Below are positions 1-11,000 of a stretch of 64,000 nucleotides of DNA, piece by piece; within the stretch, counting starts at the first letter, position 1, and each line of letters begins with the position of its first letter. The stretch is from Geosiphon pyriformis uo1 (Eukaryota > Fungi > Glomeromycota). Both the position numbers and the translations under genes were made by a program. The stretch is from assembly GCA_016748015.1 (NCBI GenBank), contig JAAOMT010000213.1:216485-280484 (forward strand), in the 5' to 3' direction. Below the pieces are notes generated by a model that worked only from the letters and a program-made list of their open reading frames with translations, was not told where the DNA came from and searched no databases.

Positions 1-1279
1 GTTATAATATGTAAATTTAATATAATTTAACTATATATACAAATTTTTTATTAATTTAAAAAAGTATTGATTTTATATTAAATTAACTTTTTATCTTTTT
101 TTTTTATAATGTTTTAAATAATTGTTATTAATATTTTAAATATGTTTTAATACTTATTATTAAGATTTTAAGTTAAATTACTTTAATAATTTTTTATATG
201 TTTATTATCAATATTTTAAGTTTTTTATTATTAAAATATATATTATTAACATTTTATATTATGTTTTTTTTAATCAAAAATAATTATTTATTATTTAATT
301 TTGTTTTTATTATAATATTAAATAATAATAAAAGTTATTATATTATTTAAAAATATTATTTTTATAATAGCTTTAAATTAATTATTTATTTTAGTTTTAT
401 TTTATTTTAAAAAATTTTTAAAATTTTTTTATTCTTGTTTTTTAAATTTAGACTTTTAAATATTACATATTTTTAATAATTAATTGAAAAAATTCTGGCT
501 TAATTTAATAATATAAGTTTGGTTTTTTGTTAGTTGTATTTTTTGTGTTTTTAATAAAAACTTTTTTTATAAAAACTTATATTAAACTAATTTTTGTTTA
601 AAAACAAATAATAATAACAATATTTTTTTTATTTTAAATATTTATTTTATAACTTTTTTACTTTTTTTTAAATATTAAAATAGTTTATATACTTATATAT
701 ATAATTAAAAAAGTTTCTAAATTTGTAATTTTGCTAAATAATATTAATTAATATAAAAGAAAAAATATTAAACAAAAAAAATATTTTTATTAATTAAATA
801 TTTTAATTTAATTATACAAAAAATCAAAAATCAACTTTAAATATTTAAAATTAAATTATTATGTATTAATTAAATTCAGTAATAATTACAAATTTTTATA
901 TTATTAAAAATTACAAAAATATTTGGATTTTTATTTACAATATATTAAATATTATTATTAAAATTTTATAAAACATATTTATTAATTATTTAAATACAAT
1001 TTCAAACTTTGTTTATTATAATATTATTTTGTAAACATAAAAACCAAAATAAATATAATTAAAAATATTAATTAATAATAAAATAATAACTTATTAACAA
1101 TTATAAATTATTTTTTGCTTTTAAATTTTTTTAAAAAAATTAAACAATTATAATTTTAAAAAAAACTTCTTTCTCTCTTACCCCCAAAAACCCCAATGAA
1201 TTATTTTCTGAAAAAGAAGTTTTTGTTTTTTTCTTGTTAATATTATATCAACATTTCTTTAACTAATAACCCTTTTGTT

Positions 1280-3141
1280 ATGGATTCAGAGGCTGCTTCT
1301 AGTGGCAGTATGTCAAAAAAAAAGACGCCTAAAGGTGCTTTTCATGGTCCTGCTGGTGGTTCTTTTACTCAGTCATTCTTGGGAATATTAAACATTCTGG
1401 CGATGAACGGAACATCTCTCTGAAGTTTGGTTCTGGTTATAGTGTTTTTTCTGATGTGGAAAGCTTATCTGATAATGAAAATGAAAATGACATTGATATG
1501 TCTGGTGGTGGTAATGGCTCTCTTCTGGGTTTAGCTGTTAATACTCCAAGAACAAATAGATTAAGTACTGGCATGGATTTTGGCTCCTCTCTCAGTTCCC
1601 CCAACTTCGCCATGGATGAAAAGGTGAAACCTTTTCCTCTTCCAATAAAGAAAGCCTCTTCTGATAGCAAATGAGTCGATCCTATTATCATCAAAACTCA
1701 AGTGGAGATGTCTGTCAAAAAATCTTTTGCCTTGGATATCAATCTTTTAGCTATTGAAGACAAATCAGTGACAGCAAAAACTTAATTGATCAGAAAATTT
1801 TTTTCAAAGATCAATGGTTTTGGGAGGGCCACTACCTCCTCAAAATTTAAAGAAATCATCCAATCGACATTTACTTCTGAGAAGAGCATGAGAAAAGCTG
1901 CGTCATTGGCCGAAAAAGAAAGAATCATCGTAAACAATAATGTGAAGAAACAAGGACTTCGTTCAAATTGGACTGTAGTGATCAAAGAAATTTCTATGAA
2001 TACGCCTAAAGACATAATTATCGCTGCAGTTTCTGAGTTTGGGATAATTAAGTCGATCAAAATCCAATTGGTTGGTATGTGGCAAAAGGCTGTGGTAGAA
2101 TTTGCTAACTCAGACCAGGCTGTACAATTGGCTTCAAGATGGTCATTCCTAATTGGGAAAGATTCAGTTCATGTGGCTATGGCCATGGGAGATCATGATA
2201 CATGGGCTTCTAGAGATCAGTTTAGAGCACTGTTGTTTACTTTGCCTATAAGCACTATTGTGCATGATCTTAGTATGCTTTTGGATGGGGCTGGAAGAAA
2301 AACTTGTGTCATCAATAGATCATTGGAGACTGGCAATCAGTTCTGCTGTGCTGTGGTGTGCTTTGAATCTGATGAAATGTTAGAGTCTGTTTTTTACACT
2401 AAGCCAATTTTTGGTGGTATTCGATTGTTATGGGCTAGGTTGGAGCTGGTTTGGTGTAGTAGATGTGGGCATTTTGGACATTCAGCTCTCGAGTGCGATG
2501 CCTCTGATGTATCACCTTTTGTGCCTTCTAATTTGATGAAAAAATCTTCTTTTGGTGCATCCTGTTTTCAGCTAGCCAAATTGTACACCAGAAAAAATGT
2601 TCCTATTTCTTGCCCAACTGCCTTTGGTGGTAAATCATGGGCTCAAGTGGTGTCCTTTGCCTCCCTTCCTGGTGGCTCTCCTTCTGGCTCTGGGTTGCTT
2701 TCTAATGGTGCGTCTCCATCATTTGGTTCTTCTTATCATTAGGTCAATGGCTTAGGTGATTGTCTGGTAGTGTTGGAATGATTTATGGAAATCCTTTCTG
2801 ATCAGATGTCTGTTATTCTCAGAAAATTGAGTTCTTTTGAGTTGGTGCCATTGGTGTCTCTTTTTTGTGCTCCTCCTTTGGCTGTTTCTGTGCATTCAGC
2901 TCCAGTTGTGGACTCGGGTATGGCTCTGGATGATGTGTTAGCCTCGTCTGCTCCCTCTCTTTCTGGTGGTAGTGATTCTGCTGCGGTTCTTAGTTCAAGT
3001 GGTTTAAAGGTTCTTACCTCCAAATTGGGTGGTTTGGAATCCAAGATGTCTGGTCTGAAAGCTTTGTTCAGTTCGATCCTGGTGAGATTGGATCTTTTGT
3101 GTTCTGGTTCGGGTTTGTCTCTACCTCATTTGTCCCAATGA
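1280..3141 (+). pseudogene. LINE copy 1 ORF1 (RRM-like domain, CCHC zinc knuckle, C-terminal coiled coil), with premature stops
   Basis: RRM-like WTVVIKEISMNTPK...KAVVEF; knuckle CSRCGHFGHSALEC; heptads LTSKLGGLESKMSGLKAL; ends CAA-TGA at 3141. Start position is approximate. Confidence 0.88.
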
Positions 3142-6100
3142 CCAGTTTAGTTTGGAGGATTGCCACGTGTAATGTGAGAAGTATGAACAATTTGGCAAAA
3201 CAGGAAGACATTATACATTGGCACAAGAATTCTAGCAATTTGGTTTCCATTCTTATGGAGACAAAGTTAAAGGATAAGGTCTACCCTTGGCTGGCTAGCA
3301 AATTTGATGGTGTTCGTGTTTTCTCTTTTAGATTGAACTCTGACTACGTTGGTGCTGGTGTTGTGGTCATTATGAACAATTCTTTAGCTAAGCATGTCAG
3401 TAAAGTTTCTGAGATTCCAGATCACCTCCTTTGCATTAGATTACTCTTTAAAAACAAACTTTTGGTTTCTGTCCTAGGGCTTTATGCTGGTGTCTCCTTG
3501 ACTGCTTGGTTCTCTCAAGCTGGTGAGATCAATTTTTTGATTGCAATGGCTGTGAATGAATCTTCTTTTGTTATTCTTGGTGGCGATTTCAATGAGAATG
3601 GCTCTCATAAGTGTGCTAGCTTCAAAAGATGTTTTGATTTGGGTTTGGTCAATTCTCTGAATGGGAGCCCTTTTGTGAAAGCACCAACCTGGTGCAACTT
3701 TTGTGGTGTTACTAAAATGATTGATTATGTTTTCATCTCTTCTGATTTGGTTGGTGCTTTGGTGGATTATGGTGTGGTTGGTGTTAAGAAATTTTTTGAT
3801 ACTGATCACAAGGCCGTTTCTGTTTCTGTGGGCTTGGATGGTTGCCTTGATGTCTAGTTGAATTCATTATGCAGGCAGACAAATAAAGATCATTGGAAGT
3901 ATGATGTCAAAAGTGCTGATAAGATCAAGTGGTCCGATTTCAGAGTCACTATGGCCAACAATGTTTCTACGTTCTTGGATGAGTTTGTCACAGCTAAATG
4001 GTTTTCAGACTTGGATGTGATGTGAGATGCTGTTTGCAAGATTATTGTTCTCTTAGCAGAAAGAACATTCAGAAAAAAGTGGTTTAAAGGTTTTGATAGT
4101 GTTTTTAATAAGGTGTCCTCTAGGTTTCATAAACTTGAGCTACTCATGTCTAAGCTGGTAAGATCTTTTCGTTTGGTTTCTGGTGGGGATTTTGTTTTGT
4201 TGCTGGATATTTGGGACAGGCTTGATTCAGTGAATGCTTCATTAGTAAAGTCTCTTTTTTTTTCTGGCTCTGGTTTTGATGCAATTCATTCTGAGCTGTT
4301 TAAGACAAGGAAGTCTTACCACTCTTCTAAGTTGATGGAATCTAAGTGCACTGAAGAATTTCATATAAGGCAAGCTGTCGAAAGGAGGATGGAGAGTTTT
4401 GAGGTGGACAAGAGTCATACCATTAGGAGCATTTTGGAGTGCCCCTTTCACAAGGTGGTGCTGGATTATTTGGTTGTGGAGGAGAAGCTGGTCTTGAAGC
4501 CTGGGTTGGTTAAGTCTAAGGTGAATGTGATTATGGAAGATTGAATTTGGAAGGATGTGGTTGTTTCTGATATTTTTGACGTTTGGGTGCACCAATTTTA
4601 GCCTTTGGAGTACATTTTTGATGGCATCTTCTCCAATGTGATGTGTTCAATCAGTTTTGAGGAAATGTTTGGTGTTGTTTCAAATTTGCCCGATGGAAAA
4701 GTGGCTGGTCTTTCTGGTATCACTAATGAACTTTGGAAGCATTGTAACAAGTCGGTTTTGCATATGCTTTTAGAGCTCTTGAATTTTTGCTTGATTTGTG
4801 AGTCAGTACCTGGACCTTGGAGGGAAGCTTAGGTTTCGATGATTTCTAAACCCTATGAGTGGGAGGGCATTCTTATGAATACTCAACCTATTGCTTTAAT
4901 TGAAACTGCTCACAAGATTCTTTCAGACTGGATCTCTTTGGCTTGTAGCTCTTTTGATGTACTCTGTGGGGACAATTTCTCTGTCTTGAAGGGGACAACT
5001 ACTCAGTCACCTATTTTTGCCATCAGTTCTGTGGTCGAGAATGCCCTAGAGAAAAACCGAGAGCTGTGGCTGGTGTTGCAGGACATGTGGAAAGCTTATA
5101 ACTCTGTTGGTTGGAAGCATCTTAGGAAGAGTCTGGTCAGGATTAAAATGTGTGATAGGTTCATTAGGTTCTTTGGTTCCATCCATAATGGTCATGTTAA
5201 CAGAGTAATGACAGATTTTGGGTTGACTAATGGTTATCATGTTCACAATGGTTTGGATCAGGAGGAGGTTTTTTTGCCACTTCTTTGGCGCATATTTTAT
5301 AATTCACTCTTGTGTGAGGTCAGGAGGCAGGAAAGTATGTGTGTTTACTGTTTGATTTCTCATTTTGTTTCCAAAACTGGCCATGTGGAATCTCAGAGTG
5401 GGCTAATTTTGTTTTTGACTGTTGGTGGTTTTGTTGATAATACGATTTGAATTGGTAGCAGCCAGGCTGCTACTCAATATATTCTTGACATTGCTAGTGA
5501 ATTTTTCAGATTTAATGACATTTCAATTAACAATGACAAAACTGTGGTCATTTCCATCAACTGTCAGGTTGTTGATCCAGTTTTGACTGTCAGTGGCTCA
5601 CCTATTTCCATTGCCAAGAAGGGAGAACTTCATTGTTATTTGGGCATATTTTTGTCTTCTGAAGGTCTTTCAAGGCCCAGCTTGGCTAAGGCGCATTCAA
5701 ACATTCGGTTTTTTGTCAATCTTATTTTGAAAAAAGTGATTTTGGATAAGCAGTTTGCTTATTTGGTGTTTTCAGTTATTTTTCCTATCATTGGCTATAG
5801 AACTCAATTCAGTTTCATTCCAGTCAGTGTGTATAATAAATAGGATGTTCTGATCTGCAAGGGTTTGAAATCTAAATCTGGGCTTCTGCTTGACTTTCCC
5901 AATGATGCACTTCATCATCCTTCTCTGTACAATTTAAAAACTTTTGAACAGGTTCAGGCTAAGAGCAAACTGGCGTCTGTTGTTGCTTTTGCAAATTCTG
6001 CTGGTGTTTTGGGCCGTCTGTTTTCTTATAGGTCTCATGACCTCCAGGTTTTTAGCTGGCGTTCTTGTTACCCTTTGTTGTTTCCAGTTCATGTTAGTAT

Positions 6101-7814
6101 TAGCCCTTCGAATAACTTTTTGGCAGGTGTGATTCATATTTTTTCTAGGTGTAATTTATTTTTGGGTGGCTTTCTGGCTGATGCTTTTTGTTTTCGAGGT
6201 GGTATCCCAATGTCTTGTGTTCTTGGTGAGAAAATTTTTTTTAAATGTGTGTCTTCTTTCAAGCGTTATGGTATTGCCTTCATGGAACAGCTCCACGACT
6301 GGAATGGTATTGTTTTTGCCTGAAAGACCTTCAAGCATTGGAAAAGACTGGACCCTTGTGGCCCAGTTCCCTTCTGGTTTGACCTGTCTGTTTGTTTTCT
6401 TGATGACATTACTTCTTCTTCCAATTGCTCTTTGCATGCAGAATTTCTTGACCCTTCTGATGTTCGTCAATCTTTTGGTTTTGGTGTTGTTTGTAATGAT
6501 CTATCGAATGCTGGTGCTGACTGCCTTTCTGTGTATACGGATAGGTTTCTGTGTAATTTGAGTACTGTTGACATGAAGGCTGGTGCTGCTGTTTTTTTTG
6601 AGGACATTAATTCAGGTTTGGGTGTGAGTATGTTTGGTTTGGTCTCTTCTACTTTAACAGAATTGCAGGCTATTACTCTAGCTTTGGAGTGTATTCCTTC
6701 TTTTTGCTCAGTTGACCTGTTCTCAGACAGCCAAACAGCTTTGGATGCATATAGGTCGAAGTCTTTGTTGGTTGGTCCAAACTTCAGAAATTGTTGCTGG
6801 ATTGAGCATTATCACATCGCTAATATCATTTGTCGGAAAAAATTAGATGTGAATTGAATTAAGGTTAAAGGTCATTCGGGCATTCTGGGCAATAAGTGTG
6901 CTGATGTGCTTACTAAAGATGCTACTTTTTCTGCCTGGTGTCTGCTCCATTTGGTCAGTGAGAGATTTCTAAAGACTGGTAGTGCTGCAGTTTCTGGTAA
7001 TTCTAAGCATTTTGTTTGTGATGTTTTCTGGTCAATCCATCATGTACACTGGGAGATTGGTTCTGGTTCACGGGTTGTCCCAGTCAGTTTGCATGCTGAT
7101 ATTGATTGGTTGCAGTCCTCTTTGATGTGGCACCCAAACTCTCATTTGGCTTCAGGTTTTATTAGTAAATGTACTGCTGGCTTACAGACTTACTTTATGA
7201 AGACTCTTTATCATCAGCTCCCTGTTGCTATGTGGAAGCATTTGTATGATAGGTGCTATGCCAGTGTGGTGTGTTTGTTCTGTGGTGACATTGAGGTCTC
7301 AAACCATGTTTTTTCTTGTCCATTTGATGCTGCTGGTTGTGCTCAGTTGTTTATTGCTCATGCATTGGCTTGGGAGGCTTGTTCTGGTTTGGTTTGGTCT
7401 TTTTCATATGTCTCCCAGTTGCTGTCTACTTGCATTGCAGATGCTGTGGTCAGTACAGCTCTGTGTAAGGGCTTTGTTTTCGGTGATTGGTATCAGAAGT
7501 TATTGTCAGTTTTTATGGATTCCATAGTTGTGGCTTCTAATATTGTGAATTTTGTATGCAGGTTTTGTGTGTCTTTTTGGAATGATATTTGGCTGGTTTG
7601 CGCTAAACACCAGGCTTTCATAAAGAAGAATAGGCTGATCCCATGTGATGGTTCTATTTTTGTTCTGGTTTCCAGTTTTCCTATGGTGTTCTCTCCTGAC
7701 ATGATTAGGTTATTGAGTATTGCTGATGCTGTTGGTATTGGTTTTGGGTTTCACAAACCTTGTTTGTTTTTTTCAGGTATTTGTGACATAGTCTCCATTC
7801 ATATAGGTGCTTAG
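3138..7814 (+). pseudogene. LINE copy 1 ORF2 (AP endonuclease, reverse transcriptase, RNase H, zinc finger), with multiple stops
   Basis: APE motifs TCNVR, ETK, GDFNE, IDY, TDH. RT motifs QDMWKAYNSV, GLDQEEVFLPLLW, FVDN. RNase H motifs VYTDR, TELQAI, SDSQ, KVKGHSG. Zinc finger CLFCGDIEVSNHVFSC. Confidence 0.95.
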
Positions 7815-8031
7815 TGTTGTTCTGGTTGGCCTGAGTGGCTGGTTACATGTGGAAAATGCATAATTTGCTCCTAGTTTAGATCATTTGATTGATGTATAGT
7901 ACTAGGTCGTGTTTGGATTTCACTCATTAAACATAATAAAAAAAATAAAATAAAAAAATTATAATTTTAAGATTATATGCATTAAATTTTTACCAATTTA
8001 ATTTGTTTTTTAAAATCATTTTTTATTTAAT

Positions 8032-8054
8032 ATAATAATAATAATAATAATAAT
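8032..8054. repeat. (ATA)n microsatellite between LINE copies 1 and 2
   Basis: ataataataataataataataat read directly. Confidence 0.8.
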
Positions 8055-8064
8055 ATATTTACTA

Positions 8065-11000
8065 TTACTATATCTTTCTCTTATTAATTCTCTAACTATA
8101 ATAAGAATAAAAAATTATTAAAGAAATAATTCTTCTTTTCTCTTTTTTTTCTTTGTTTTTTTTAGTTATTTTTTCTAATTTATTTTTTTTGTTGTAATAG
8201 AACTGGTAGGCTTTTTTGCTAGTGGTTTTGGTTTAGATTTGACTGGTTTGAAAACATGCTTAAGCACCAAAAAAAAGCAAATAGAAAGTATATACTTCTA
8301 CAGTATATTTTACAAAAAGCCAAAAAATTCTGATATGAATATTAGTATAATTAACTTGTTTATTGGTTTTTTAAGTTTTAAAAATATTGGTGTTTATAGT
8401 AGAAAGCTTGTGGTGTTTTAAGATAGTAAAGTTAACAGCAAAACCAGTAGTATTAGTAGTTTATTGGATGTGAAAAATATGAAAAACATGATTGCTAAAG
8501 AGACTAGTTATACAGATTTAGATACTTTAGTGATTAATAAGAATATGGATAATATTATGCTACAGAAAACTTATACTCAAACATATATGTTGAGTTAACC
8601 ACTAAAAGCTTCTTTATTTATGGATTTAAATAATAACAAAAACATTTTAATGCTTTTGCCATCTAAGTTTAACAATTTTAAACAATTTCTATTGGTCAAG
8701 TTATATGTTTTAAAAAAATAGAGTTTTAATTTGGCAAAATTTTTTACATTAAATATTAAGCTTTCTGCTATGTCTGGAAAATCTTTTAGTAATAAGTTAA
8801 TGGCAATAAAAAAAAATTTTATTGTGTTAATGGTTTTGGAGAACATTAATTTTTTTAAAATTTCCTGGTATAATTAGATTATTTTTTATATCTGAGTTTA
8901 GTTTGAAAAAAGCTAAGAAGTTGGCAATTAGTAAAAAAATTTTAGTTAATAATAATATCAAAATAGCAAACAAACATACAGATTAAGAAGTAATAATTAA
9001 GAAAATTTCTGTAAATCTTTCAAAATTGGCTGTAAAATTAATTTTTTCTAAATTTGGCAAGATTGTGTCTATTAAAATACAGTTAATTGGTCTTTGGCAA
9101 AAGACTTTGATAAAATTTGAGTTAGTTAAAGTCACTGATTTGGTTGCAGCCAAGTAATCTGTTTTTATAAAAAAGAATTTTGTTTGTATTACAAAGACTG
9201 TTAATAATAAACAAACATAGATACTTAAAAATTAATATTAGACTTTGCCATATACTTTGCCAATTATTATTGTTTATAATCTCTCTAAATTATTGGTTTT
9301 ATATGGTAAAAAAACATGTTTTATTGGTTGCAATCTAAGTTTATATGTATATGACAAATTTGCTATGATTTGTTTTGTTAATAAGACATCTAAAAAAGCT
9401 GTTATTAGTTTTATTCTAATATTTAAAAGTGTAAAGTTGCATTGGACTGGTCTTTTTTTGGCTTGTTGTGCTCAGTACAAACAATTTGGGCATGTTTCTA
9501 ATGCTTGTTTAGAGAGTAAAAATTTGAGTGATCACATTAAAAGAGTGGTTAATTTTTAGGATTGGATCTATTTAGCAAATATATATAAGAAAAAACAGAT
9601 ATTAATTGCTTATCTAGTTTTCTTTGATGAGAAAACTTGGACTTAAATTGCCAGTAGTTCTTTTTCTTGTGTAGTTTTCTGGTTTCTTTTGGTAATAATT
9701 TGTTTTCAGATATTAAACTTTTTTTATTAGTGTTTGTGGAAGTAAATAATAAATTTGCTGCTCTTAAATACAGTCTTATTAGTTTTATAAAGCAAGTTAA
9801 AAAGCTGACTAAGAGGTTGAATGCACTTGGGCCAATAGTTTCTTAGCTTAGTCTTAAATATTAATTATTAATAACTCTTTTATTACAAAATTAAGAGACA
9901 AATATAGTAATAAGTAAGAGTTCAAGTGCAACTACTAGTAATGAAATTGTTATAGAAATAATATCTTTGGATTTATTAGTAATTTCTAAATTGAAAAACA
10001 GTTTGCAAAGTCTTTTAGATATGGTTTTGGATCTTATAACTAAGATAGACAATATTGGTTTTGGTTTAAGGATCTCTTTTTCTTAATGACTGATCTTGTA
10101 TAAAAGATTGCTACATGTAATATTAAAAGTATCAATGTTTTTGTTAAGTAGACTGATGTTGTTTAATGATATGTTAATTTGGGTAATATAATTTCTATCA
10201 TCACAGAAACTAAATTAAAATCTAATATTAGGCTTTAGATAATAAATAAGTTTAAAGTAGTATGAATTTTTACATTTGGTTTGGATAAAAGTTTTTTCAG
10301 TGCTTGAATAACTATAATTATAAATAATGCTTTGGCTTGACATGTTTTAAAAGTTGATAAGATTTTAAACAAAATTATTTTAATTTGTTTTTTGTTTAAA
10401 AATAAACTTTTAGTAACAATTTTGGGGTTGTATACTGGTGCTTTTTCTAAGATTAGATTTGAATAAGCATTGAGAATTAATTTTTTTGTTGCTAAAACAA
10501 TTAATTCCAGTACTTTTGTGGTCTTGAGTAAGAATTTCAATAAGAATAAATCAAAAAAAGTGCAAGTTTTAAGTTTTGTTTAGATTTGGGTTTGGTTAAT
10601 ACATTTAATGAACATTCATTAACCAAAGCTTTTACTTAAAACAATTTTAAGGGTGTTGAAAAAATATTAGATTTTATATTTGTGAATAAAAATCTGGCAT
10701 TTGCAGTTACAAATTATAAGATTGATATTGTGTTAGAATTTTTTAATATAAATCACAAAACAGTCTTAGTTTTAGTTGGTTTGAGTGGTTTTTTGGATGT
10801 TTATCTTAATAGCATTTATAAGCAAACTAATAAAAATTAATAGAAATTTAAGATAAAAAATACAAATAAAGCCAAATGAGTACAATTTAAAAAGTGCTCT
10901 TTTAACAAGTTGCTAATAGTATCAAATGTGTTCAAAAAGACAAAGTATTGTAATAATTTAGATATAATATAGAAGATATTGAAAGAAATTTTATCATAAT

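Larger units (their letters stand above)
1160..7956 (+). mobile_element. Full-length non-LTR retrotransposon (LINE) copy 1, APE-RT-RNase H type, inactivated
   Basis: ORF1 and ORF2 remnants, A-rich tail at ~7935-7956, target-site duplication AATTATAATTTTAA at 1146-1159 and 7957-7970. Confidence 0.95.

Noticed and set aside
7820-7860. CTGAGTG...GAAA in the LINE 3' UTR as a hammerhead or pistol ribozyme
   Set aside because: The CTGAnGA core is not matched, GAAA is not conserved (GCAAA and GTAAA in other copies), and the stem topology does not fit.
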